64,000 nucleotides of DNA from Longimicrobiales bacterium (GTDB lineage Bacteria > Gemmatimonadota > Gemmatimonadetes > Longimicrobiales > Gaopeijiaceae). The DNA lies in the NCBI GenBank assembly GCA_965249725.1, contig OZ252251.1, forward strand, positions 288,001-352,000, given 5' to 3'. Positions 38,682 to 47,306 of this stretch are shown here, in pieces. The position numbers and the translations under genes were made by a program. Position 1 is the first letter of the stretch; every line of letters starts with the position of its first letter. Under the pieces are notes generated by a model. It searched no databases and had not been told where the DNA came from. It was given only the letters and a program-made list of their open reading frames with translations.

Positions 38682-41558
38682 ATGGACGTCCCTCCCAAGG
38701 AGGCTCCACGCCTCTTCCTGATCGATGCCTATGCCCTGATCTATCGGGCGTTCTTCGCATTCATCAACCGGCCCCTGACCAACTCGAAGGGCGAGAACAC
38801 CTCTGCCCCGTTCGGATTCGCGAACTTCCTCATCGAGATCCGCGACAAGTACCAACCCGACTACCTCGCGGTGGTCTTCGACGCGGGCAATAGCCACAGG
38901 GAGAAGGTCTTCCCGGCCTACAAAGCGACCCGGGAGAAGATGCCCGACGAGCTGCGGGCGAGCCTTCCGAGGGTTCGTGAGCTCGTGGCTGGCTTCAACG
39001 ATGCCCTGGTGGAGCTGGACGGATACGAGGCGGACGACGTGATCGGCACGTTGGCGGTGAAGGCGCGTGAGGCGGGCCTTGAGGCGGTGATCGTGTCGGG
39101 GGACAAGGATCTGTACCAACTCGTGGGGCCCGGCATCCACCTCTTGAACCCTGGACGAGGAGGTCCGCATGGGGTCGCGGCCGAGTGGGTGGATGAGAGC
39201 AACGCTCACGAAAAATTCGGGATTCCGGCGTCCAAGGTCATCGACTACCTGGCGCTGATCGGTGATTCCTCCGACAACATTCCCGGAGCCAAGGGAGTGG
39301 GACCCAAGACGGCGCTCAAGCTCTTGGAAGAGTTCGGGAGCGTCGACGCCATTCTGGATCGGGCCGAGGAGATATCGGGGAAGCGGGCGAGGGAGTCCCT
39401 CACCGAAAATGCGGACGAGGTGCGTCTCTCCAAAGAGCTCGTCACTATCATGACCGACCTCGACGTGGATCTGGATCTCGATGCGCTGGAGGTCCACGAG
39501 CCGGACAAGGAGAGGCTGCACCGGTTCTTCGTGGAGATGGAGTTCCGCCGTCTGATGGAGCGATTCGCGCCGAAGGGAGCGCCTGATGCGGCTCTCAGCC
39601 CGGTGCCGTCTCCACCGCAGGACGCAGCCACCGAGGTCATGCCCGATCCCGGTAGCGAAGGCGGGGCCATTGAGGGGGAGGGCGGCTCCACTGGAGGTGT
39701 ACCGGCCCCGCCTGCGGTGGTGAGTTGCACACTGATCACCGACGTAGATCAGGTGGCTGATCTACTGGGACGCATCAGGGAGGCGGGCCGTGTGGCCTTG
39801 GCCGTCCATACCGCGTTTCCCGACCCACATCGAGCCGGCCTGGTGGGCCTGGCGTTGGCCGTCGAGCCCGGGGAGTGCTTCTACCTGTCATTCGATCATG
39901 TGCCTCAGGGCGAGCCGACGCTGGCCTTCGAGTCCGTCGGCATCAGCAATCTCCCCGCTATGGATACGCCCGAACTTCGGCCGCTCGTGGGGCTGCTCGA
40001 GGATGCATCGATCGAAAAGGTGGGCGCTGACCTGAAGGCCTGCGCGGTGGCCCTCGATCGATTCGGCGTTGCGTTGGCGGGGATCGATTTCGATGTGACC
40101 ATCGCGTCCTACGTTCTCGATCCCGGTCGTCGGGCTCACGACTTGGGCGCTCTATGCCAGGATTTCCTCGGGTTTTCGCTGTCGCCCTACAACGACATCG
40201 TGGGCACCGGGAAAAAGCGGGTCAGCTTCGCCGAGGTAGATCAGGAGATCGCCCTCGACTACGCAGGCCGGCAGATCGACGCGGCGCTACGCCTGGCCGA
40301 GCGCTTTCTGGTCGACCTCGAGGATCAGGCCCTCGGGGCTCTCTTTCACGATCTGGAGATGCCGCTCATTCCGGTACTGGCCGGGATGGAGCGCGAGGGC
40401 ATCCGTATCGACGCCGGGTTCTTTCAGGCCATGGGCGAGCGGCTCGATCGGGACCTGACCCTGATCCGAGAGGAGATCCACAAGGTGGCAGGGGAGGAGT
40501 TCAACCTGAACTCGACGCCTCAGCTACGTGAGATCCTGTTCGAGAAGCAGGTTCTTCCGGTCATCAAGCGGACCAAGACCGGTCCTTCCACCGATTCGTC
40601 GGTTCTCGAAGAGCTCGCAGCCGAGGGCCATGAGATTCCGCGGCTGATGATGGAGTACCGTGAGCTCGAGAAGCTCCGCTCGACCTATGTCGACGCGTTG
40701 CCGCAGCTGGTGATTCCACGAACGGGCAGGATTCACACCCGCTTCAATCAGACGGTGGCGGCCACGGGTCGCCTCTCCTCGAGCGAGCCCAACCTGCAGA
40801 ACATCCCGATCCGCACCGATCTGGGGCGTGAGATCAGGAAGGGGTTCATCCCTGCCGAGGGATACGTTTTCTACGGTGCGGACTACTCCCAGGTCGAACT
40901 CCGGATCCTCGCGCATTTCTCGGGTGACGAGCCCCTCGTAAGGGCCTTCCGGGACGGCATCGACGTCCACAAGCAGACGGCGTCGGTCATTTTCGATGTG
41001 CCGCTCGACGAGGTGACCTCCGATCAGCGGAGCCAGGCCAAGACGATCAACTTCGCCACGTTGTATGGACAAGGCGCCTTCTCGCTCGCCCGGCAACTGG
41101 GTATCGATCGCGAAGAGGCCAAGGTGTTCATCGAGCAGTACTTCGAGCGATTCAGCGGTGTTCGTGCCTATCTGGACGAGCAGGTCGCGAGTGCACACGA
41201 GAAGGGCTTCGTAGAGACGCTCATGGGCCGGCGACGCTACGTACCGGAACTGAAAGCCAAGAACTGGAACGTGCGACAGTTCGGGGAGCGGGTCGCGCAG
41301 AACACACCTATCCAGGGCACGGCGGCCGACATGATCAAGAAGGCGATGATCGATGTGGACCACGTGCTGGCCGAGGCGGGCACCGGCGCACGTATGCTCC
41401 TGCAGGTACACGACGAACTGTTGCTCGAGGTGCCCGTTGGGGAAGAGGATGCCCTCGCAGAGTTGGTGGTCGACCGGATGGAGGGGGCCATGGAGCTGAG
41501 CGTCCCCTTGGTTGCCGAAGGTGGCGTGGCGACGTCCTGGTACGACACCAAGGGGTAG
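38682..41558 (+). CDS. polA: DNA polymerase I
   Basis: 5'-3' exonuclease motifs (LIDAYALIYRAFF, EADDVIGT, SGDKD, GDSSDNIPG) and polymerase motifs (TGRLSSSEPNLQNIP, DYSQVELR, AKTINFATLYG, LQVHDEL). Confidence 0.98.
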   Translation: MDVPPKEAPRLFLIDAYALIYRAFFAFINRPLTNSKGENTSAPFGFANFLIEIRDKYQPDYLAVVFDAGNSHREKVFPAYKATREKMPDELRASLPRVRELVAGFNDALVELDGYEADDVIGTLAVKAREAGLEAVIVSGDKDLYQLVGPGIHLLNPGRGGPHGVAAEWVDESNAHEKFGIPASKVIDYLALIGDSSDNIPGAKGVGPKTALKLLEEFGSVDAILDRAEEISGKRARESLTENADEVRLSKELVTIMTDLDVDLDLDALEVHEPDKERLHRFFVEMEFRRLMERFAPKGAPDAALSPVPSPPQDAATEVMPDPGSEGGAIEGEGGSTGGVPAPPAVVSCTLITDVDQVADLLGRIREAGRVALAVHTAFPDPHRAGLVGLALAVEPGECFYLSFDHVPQGEPTLAFESVGISNLPAMDTPELRPLVGLLEDASIEKVGADLKACAVALDRFGVALAGIDFDVTIASYVLDPGRRAHDLGALCQDFLGFSLSPYNDIVGTGKKRVSFAEVDQEIALDYAGRQIDAALRLAERFLVDLEDQALGALFHDLEMPLIPVLAGMEREGIRIDAGFFQAMGERLDRDLTLIREEIHKVAGEEFNLNSTPQLREILFEKQVLPVIKRTKTGPSTDSSVLEELAAEGHEIPRLMMEYRELEKLRSTYVDALPQLVIPRTGRIHTRFNQTVAATGRLSSSEPNLQNIPIRTDLGREIRKGFIPAEGYVFYGADYSQVELRILAHFSGDEPLVRAFRDGIDVHKQTASVIFDVPLDEVTSDQRSQAKTINFATLYGQGAFSLARQLGIDREEAKVFIEQYFERFSGVRAYLDEQVASAHEKGFVETLMGRRRYVPELKAKNWNVRQFGERVAQNTPIQGTAADMIKKAMIDVDHVLAEAGTGARMLLQVHDELLLEVPVGEEDALAELVVDRMEGAMELSVPLVAEGGVATSWYDTKG

Positions 41559-41735
41559 TCGCCAACTCTCGGCCTTGCGGGAGCCTCTCGGCGGGGTGAG
41601 GCCTCAGAGTCCCGTCCGGCCATCCCACGGCCCGGACAGCCCCATCAACTTTCCGTTCCACTCCAGGCCGACCGAAGGGAACGGAATCTCACGGCCCCTT
41701 CCTCTGTGGCCGGAACCACACATGGGAGGAGCAGC

Positions 41736-42086
41736 ATGAGCCGCACCGTCAACAAGATCACGCTCGTCGGAAACGTAGGGCGGGACCCGGACGTTCGTGA
41801 AACCAAGAACGGCACCAAGGTCGCCCACCTGTCTTTGGCGACCAACCGTCCCCCATTCGGAGACGAAGCTGAAGAGCGCACGGACTGGCACCGTCTCACG
41901 TTCTGGGCCCGCCTCGCGCAGTTCACGGAGGACAACGTCAGAAAGGGCGACCGGATCTACGTGGAAGGGCGTCTGGAGTACGACACCTACGAGCGGGATG
42001 GGGTCAGCATCCCGACCGCCGACGTGAACGTTCGAGAGCTCGTGCTGCTCTCGCCGAAGGACCTCGTGGTGGAGGCGGCTGCCTAG
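41736..42086 (+). CDS. ssb: single-stranded DNA-binding protein (short, no acidic tail)
   Basis: VNKITLVGNVGRDP, TDWHR and KGDRIYVEGRL. GGAGGA RBS before ATG 41736. Confidence 0.93.
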   Translation: MSRTVNKITLVGNVGRDPDVRETKNGTKVAHLSLATNRPPFGDEAEERTDWHRLTFWARLAQFTEDNVRKGDRIYVEGRLEYDTYERDGVSIPTADVNVRELVLLSPKDLVVEAAA

Positions 42087-42118
42087 CGAGCCGCCCTGGA
42101 AGCTGCCTTGGGATCTGC

Positions 42119-42153
42119 CTCCGGGGTGGGTGGGGGTGACCCCCGCCCCGGAG
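42119..42153. terminator. hairpin between the convergent ssb and OMP genes
   Basis: CTCCGGGGTGGG...CCCGCCCCGGAG inverted repeat. Confidence 0.5.
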
Positions 42154-42182
42154 TGCCCGCCGCGCGCCCTCCTCCTAGGCCC

Positions 42183-44255
42183 CTAGAGCCACTCCCAGAA
42201 GCGTCGCTGCACGGAAAGGACGAACTCCCAGTCGCCGCCCTCGCTGAGTCCACGACCCGCGTCGAGATGGAGGAGGTCCCAGCCCAACCCGACACCCAGC
42301 CCGGCCGAGCTCTTGAATCCGCGAGTGCTCTGACCAGGCCACCCATCGGGCAACGTCCGGCCACCGAACCTGGCCTTCCCCGCGACGGCAAACGCTCGCA
42401 GGGACAACCAAGGGGCGAACAACGGCTGGGCGCCCTCGATCTTCATGAGTAGAACCTGGTCACCGACGAAGGAGCGGTATCCGTGGCCGGGAAGGGTGTG
42501 CCTTCCGCCGAGGAGGAAGAGCGACTGGACGGGGGCCTCCTCCGACACGAGGCCCAACCGCAGGCTGGTTTCGATTGTCGTGCGAGAGGAGGTCACCTGG
42601 CGCTTGAGGCTGGACTCCCACCAGAGCGACGCGTAGCTCTGGCCGTCGAGGGCGCCTAGACGTCCCGTCGCCGATGTCGTGAGGCCCCGCTCGTCGGTCC
42701 GTCTCGAGTAGGAGGCTTCGAGAGCCCAGCCGTCTCCCTCATCGACGGGGAGGACGGGGCGGTACCTCCCCGTCCCGGCCGCAACGTCCACGGCGACGTT
42801 CTCTCCCGAGTCGAACCGTTCCCAGAGTCCGGCCAACCGTAGCGTTCCCAATCCGCCCACAGACCAGTCGTACCTAACTTCCGCACTCGATGTGAAGTAC
42901 GGATCCGAATAGTCCTCGTCGGCCAGGAGCCCCCCCAACGTATTGAGCGCTTTGCTGGCGCCGGGCAGCCGTGCGCTCGATTCGCCAGGTTCGTTCCACC
43001 CGACTCGGATGGCGAGCCCCTTGCTGGACGGCGCACGGGCGAGGGTCATCGAGAGCTGGCCCTCGTCGCGCCCGAAGGCGTATCCGCCAGTGGACTGCAG
43101 TCGCCAGGTGGGCCCGAGCAAGAAGGCCGCTCCACCTCCCGCGAAGGAGCCTTCCGCTCGGTTGTACCGGTAGATCGAAGAGACGAAGGGCACGTATAGG
43201 CGAGACGGCTTGAGCCCGCTCACGTACCGGCGACCCACCACAGCCATCGCCTGCCTTCGAATGCCCTCGATATCCGGAGACGTCTCGAGGCCCTCTTCCT
43301 CTAGCTGATCATACAGCCCGGTTTCGAACGGGAAGTTCTCGCGGACCTCCGTGGGAACCGACGAGACGGGTCCGCCCGCGAAAATGAAGTCACCGAGGGG
43401 AGGATTGAAGGTGTAGTCCCGTATCTCGAAGCGGCCCCGAATGATGCTCCCGGCCAAGAAGTCGATCACCGGGAGTTCTCGCCTCAGCTCCACCTCTTGG
43501 CGGTACGGCAGCCAGTACTTCCCGTCCCAGACGGAGTTGTCCATCGAGATGCGGATGTAGTCCAGGTTGCCGTCCACGTAGGAGGCCGGCGTGAACGTGA
43601 AGTTCATTCGGACGATCGCCCCGGACCCCCTCTGCAGGAACACGCTCCCGATCACACCCGGTGCGTCCCGGTCCCTGGGGCGGACCTCGACTTCGTACAC
43701 CCGTATGTCCGGGGTGGGGCCTGGCAGCGATACGGTCAGCGAGTCGGAGAGTCTGAAGTCGTAGATCCGCTCGGCTCCCGGGGCTACCGGGTGTGTGACT
43801 GCGGCCACCTCGTCGCCGTCCCCCAAGCGAATGAGGTCCCCGAAATCGTCCTGTACCACCGTGAGATGATCGAGATGATACTTGATGCTCGTGGGGAGCA
43901 GCTTCTCATCTCGGAGGCCGATTACGCGCTGCTTGGTTTCATCCGGCGCCCGCCAGAAGAGCTTGAGAGCAATCTGGTCCGTCTTCACCAGGTTGCGCTC
44001 GTCGCTGTCGGGACGGTCCAGGAAGAAGTAGACGTAGCCTCTCGCGTCCGCCTCATAAGATTGGAACGCCGAGTCGATCGCGGTGGCCTGTCGCAGGTCG
44101 CGTGCCTCTCTCACGAGCTGCACCGCCCTCGATCCGTTCCAGCCGTCCTCCGACTGCGCGTCGAGCCCCGGCACGAGCCACACTGACAACGCCAAGCCCG
44201 CGACGGTGAGACCCCAGCTCCGGGTCGGGTAGGTTGGGCCGGTCCTATCGGTCAT
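42183..44255 (-). CDS. putative outer-membrane protein (exported N-terminal domain + C-terminal beta-barrel)
   Basis: Signal peptide ...PGLDA-QS, RYNRAEG, alternating amphipathic beta strands, LGGRHTLPG (Omp85 loop-6-like) and a Trp-rich C-terminus. ATG at 44255 preferred. Confidence 0.7.
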   Translation of the reverse strand: MTDRTGPTYPTRSWGLTVAGLALSVWLVPGLDAQSEDGWNGSRAVQLVREARDLRQATAIDSAFQSYEADARGYVYFFLDRPDSDERNLVKTDQIALKLFWRAPDETKQRVIGLRDEKLLPTSIKYHLDHLTVVQDDFGDLIRLGDGDEVAAVTHPVAPGAERIYDFRLSDSLTVSLPGPTPDIRVYEVEVRPRDRDAPGVIGSVFLQRGSGAIVRMNFTFTPASYVDGNLDYIRISMDNSVWDGKYWLPYRQEVELRRELPVIDFLAGSIIRGRFEIRDYTFNPPLGDFIFAGGPVSSVPTEVRENFPFETGLYDQLEEEGLETSPDIEGIRRQAMAVVGRRYVSGLKPSRLYVPFVSSIYRYNRAEGSFAGGGAAFLLGPTWRLQSTGGYAFGRDEGQLSMTLARAPSSKGLAIRVGWNEPGESSARLPGASKALNTLGGLLADEDYSDPYFTSSAEVRYDWSVGGLGTLRLAGLWERFDSGENVAVDVAAGTGRYRPVLPVDEGDGWALEASYSRRTDERGLTTSATGRLGALDGQSYASLWWESSLKRQVTSSRTTIETSLRLGLVSEEAPVQSLFLLGGRHTLPGHGYRSFVGDQVLLMKIEGAQPLFAPWLSLRAFAVAGKARFGGRTLPDGWPGQSTRGFKSSAGLGVGLGWDLLHLDAGRGLSEGGDWEFVLSVQRRFWEWL

Positions 44256-44292
44256 GCAGATCGTACGCCCCCCTACGATCCCGGTTCCCCGC

Positions 44293-44325
44293 AAAAAGGG
44301 CCCCGTCCACTCATGGACGGGGCCC
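44293..44325 (-). terminator. intrinsic terminator of the sigma-factor gene
   Basis: Minus strand GGGCCCCGTCCA-tgag-TGGACGGGGCCC-TTTTT. Confidence 0.9.
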
Positions 44326-44351
44326 CGGAACTCCCAACGAGAGTCTGTGCG

Positions 44352-45212
44352 TCAGTTCGCGCTCCAGAATCCCGAGAGAGAGTCACCATGCGGGCTCTCG
44401 CGGAGCTTCTCGAAGGCCCGGTTCCGGATCTGGCGGATGCGCTCGCGCGTCACCCCGAGGAGCGAACCGATCTCTTCCAGCGTACGCTCCTCACCATCGT
44501 CGAGCCCGTAGTAGAGATAGAGGATCTTCCGCTCGCGCTCGGTGAGGTAGCTGTCGAACATCGTCTCGAGAAAATCGCGTCGTGCGATGGCCTCGACATC
44601 CTCCTCGATATCGATCGCCTCGGCTCCGGCGAATCTCTCACCGAAGCTGGCGCTGTTGCCGTCACTCCGATCGATCGGGGCGTCGAGGCTCAGCTCGCTC
44701 GCGGCCACTCGGCGGAGCGCGCGGATCGTCTCGATGGGCTCGTCCATCTCGCGGGAGATCTCCTGGATCGTCGGCGAGCGGTCCAGCTGCTGCGTGAGAG
44801 CCGTATCGATCCGGGCCAGCTTGGCCAGGTTCGAATTCTGGTTGAGCGGAATGCGAACGGAGCGGGTCTGCTCCGCGAGAGCCTGCAGGACGGTCTGACG
44901 GATCCACCAGACGGCGTAGGAGATGAACTTCACGCCCTTGTCGGGATCGAACTTCTTCACCGCCTTGAGCAGCCCCTCGTTTCCGATGCAGACGAGCTCG
45001 GCGAGACCAAGGCCACGGCCCTGGTACTTTTTCACGTAGGAGATGACGAATCGCAGGTTGGCGGTGACGAGGCGCTCAGCGGCCTCCTTGTCGCCAGTGC
45101 GGGCTCGGCGGGCCAGGGCGCGTTCCTCCGCGGGGTCCTGGATGAGTGGGTATTTCTCTACGTCTTGCAGATACTGGTCGAAGGAGTCCAGGCCTCGGGA
45201 AGTCGAAAACAT
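44352..45212 (-). CDS. RpoD/SigA-family sigma-70 factor lacking region 1.1
   Basis: Region 1.2 DSFDQYLQDV, region 2 NLRFVIS...FISYAVWWIRQ, region 3 SLDAPI and region 4 TLEEIG...TRERIRQI. Confidence 0.93.
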   Translation of the reverse strand: MFSTSRGLDSFDQYLQDVEKYPLIQDPAEERALARRARTGDKEAAERLVTANLRFVISYVKKYQGRGLGLAELVCIGNEGLLKAVKKFDPDKGVKFISYAVWWIRQTVLQALAEQTRSVRIPLNQNSNLAKLARIDTALTQQLDRSPTIQEISREMDEPIETIRALRRVAASELSLDAPIDRSDGNSASFGERFAGAEAIDIEEDVEAIARRDFLETMFDSYLTERERKILYLYYGLDDGEERTLEEIGSLLGVTRERIRQIRNRAFEKLRESPHGDSLSGFWSAN

Positions 45213-45344
45213 TCGTTCCGGGCGCCTCGTTCTGGAGGTGAAGAAAGTGACTAGCTACGCAAGAAACCAACGTCCTTCATTGCGATGCGACCTGCTAAAC
45301 GAGGCGAGGAGAACGGCTTAACCCGCATCGCGAGAAGGGTGTGA

Positions 45345-45373
45345 AACTTATAAAAGTGTGTTTCCCGAGTCAA
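45345..45373 (-). promoter_or_regulatory. putative sigma70 promoter of the sigma-factor gene
   Basis: Minus strand TTGACT, 17 bp spacer, TAAGTT, in an AT-rich patch. Confidence 0.5.
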
Positions 45374-45481
45374 AGGTTTTCTTCACGTATGGGTGGTGGG
45401 GCGAAAAAGGGCCGACCCGGTGTCAATATGGCAGGTCGCAATCGCCCGATTCGGAGAGGGTTGAGGCGCTCGCCCGCGGGC

Positions 45482-47230
45482 CTATCGGCGGCTTCGGAGG
45501 AGCTGGAAGTCCTCGAATCCGTGCCTCAGTCCGAGCAGTTCGCTTGCCGTCACCCGGAAGACGGGCTCCGAAAACGCATCGGGTCCGTTGATCGGGAAGG
45601 CCAGATCGATTCGGATCACTCCCCGCGTCCCACCCGGGAAGCCCACCCGCAGGCCCCCACCGGCGGTGGCCCCGAAGCCGGAGTTGTTGCCGAACGGGGC
45701 ATCGCCACGCCATACCGAGCCTGCGTCCACGAACGCCGTGAGGCCGAGATCGAAGACACCACCCGGCGACCAGAGGTAGACACGATCCTCGATCGAGCCG
45801 ACGAGGCGTCGACCGCCCGGGGCGTGATCCTGGCTGTAGCCCCGTAGGTTCGATGCGCCTCCCAGCGTCAACTGAAAGGGGATGGTCATGGACCATCCCG
45901 CGGCTCCCGAGATGCGGGCGTACAGCGTGTGTCGTGAGAGAGCGGATGGCTGCCAGTAGGTGTATACGTCGAACTCCCCAATGGCGTCCCGCCACCCCTC
46001 CCGCGGCCCCTCGAATATCTGGCGGCCCTCGAAGCCCACACTCGCAGCGAGGATCCAGCGGCCGGGCGCCATGCCTCCGTAGACTCTTAGGCGCCCGAAG
46101 AAGTCGTCGTCCTCGGTCTCCGAATCGGGCCCCAAGAATCCGATGCTTCGGCCCAGGGTCAGAGCCACCTCGCCGCCCACCGGCACGTCCTGGACACCGC
46201 GAAGTGCGTCGAGTCCGGCCCGCCGTTCGAACCGCAGGTTCCTCTGACCGAGCGTGAAGTTGATTCGGGTCGATCCGGTTCCCTGGGTCTGCGACGCGAT
46301 CGGTCCGGAAAGCTCCGGGGGGGCCGGGTCCGTGTTGGCGAAGTCCCGATTCGGAACCGCCTCGGGACCCTCCTCGAATCGCGCGAAGTCGACTTCGTCT
46401 CGAGAGAACCCGACTCCCAACGTCGTCAGCCGCCCCGCCTGTCCCAACCGGGCCAAGACCGCGGCCTCTGCCCGCTCCCTCAAGAAGGGAGTTACGACAT
46501 GTGTGTACGTGCCCCCCTCCGGTAGGCTGTATGCGAAGAGATCCTCTCTCCGGGTATAGGACTGCGTGGCGGCGTAGCGCCCGATCTCGCCTACGAACGG
46601 GTAGACGAACGCCTGCTGGAAGAACGGACCGACGCGTGTCTCGCCGGCCCGGAGGTGAGCATCCCACCGGGTGCCCAAGAAGCGGGCGGTCTGGAGTTCG
46701 CCCCCGATCTCGCGAGCCTCACGGCGCTCGCGGTAGAAGGCCCGTGCCGAGACTCCCCGTCCGAGCACGTTCTCTTCGGTGACGTCGATCCCGTTGAACT
46801 CGAAGCCTTCGTCGAAACGGGCCCGGAGCGTTACCTGAAGGGTCCATTCGTCCTGAGTGTCCACGACGACATGCACCGAACTGTCCGCCTGTGGGACTGC
46901 GAAGACGTCCACTCGGGCGATGAAGCCCAACTGGCGGATGATCCTCTCCGACTCCGCTGCGAGAAACGGGTCGTAGCAGTCGCCTACCTCGAAGAGCAGC
47001 TCCCTCGCGATGAAATCGTCATCGGTCTCCATGTGGAGCCAGTTGGCGAAGTCGAAGAACCAACCGAAGGACTTGCCAGTGTCGAGGTTCGCAGTGTCGA
47101 AGACCGGGTGGCCGTTGATGAAGACGAAGGAGATCTCACCCTCCGCACACGCCTGCCCCACTAGCCCAGCAGGCCTCGCCGCGGCCAACGCGACGATGAG
47201 GATCAGTGCTCGGCTGAGACTCCAGGCCAT
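45482..47230 (-). CDS. Omp85/BamA-TamA-like outer-membrane protein with a single POTRA-like domain
   Basis: Signal peptide, POTRA-like IARELLFEVGDCYD...AESERIIRQLGFI, ENVLGRG, LGGASNLRGY and IRIDLAFP. Confidence 0.8.
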   Translation of the reverse strand: MAWSLSRALILIVALAAARPAGLVGQACAEGEISFVFINGHPVFDTANLDTGKSFGWFFDFANWLHMETDDDFIARELLFEVGDCYDPFLAAESERIIRQLGFIARVDVFAVPQADSSVHVVVDTQDEWTLQVTLRARFDEGFEFNGIDVTEENVLGRGVSARAFYRERREAREIGGELQTARFLGTRWDAHLRAGETRVGPFFQQAFVYPFVGEIGRYAATQSYTRREDLFAYSLPEGGTYTHVVTPFLRERAEAAVLARLGQAGRLTTLGVGFSRDEVDFARFEEGPEAVPNRDFANTDPAPPELSGPIASQTQGTGSTRINFTLGQRNLRFERRAGLDALRGVQDVPVGGEVALTLGRSIGFLGPDSETEDDDFFGRLRVYGGMAPGRWILAASVGFEGRQIFEGPREGWRDAIGEFDVYTYWQPSALSRHTLYARISGAAGWSMTIPFQLTLGGASNLRGYSQDHAPGGRRLVGSIEDRVYLWSPGGVFDLGLTAFVDAGSVWRGDAPFGNNSGFGATAGGGLRVGFPGGTRGVIRIDLAFPINGPDAFSEPVFRVTASELLGLRHGFEDFQLLRSRR

Positions 47231-47250
47231 CTACGCTCCAGTGGTGGTGA

Positions 47251-47278
47251 TTGACACTCGGTCATGCTCGGCTAAGCT
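47251..47278 (+). promoter_or_regulatory. putative sigma70 promoter of maeB
   Basis: TTGACA, 16 bp spacer, TAAGCT. Confidence 0.5.
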
Positions 47279-47306
47279 AAACATCCCCTCTACATAAGGC
47301 TTCCGA

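Noticed and set aside
38682..42086. Prophage or plasmid replication module (polymerase + ssb)
   Set aside because: PolA is a full-length bacterial type, and there is no integrase, structural phage gene or att site.
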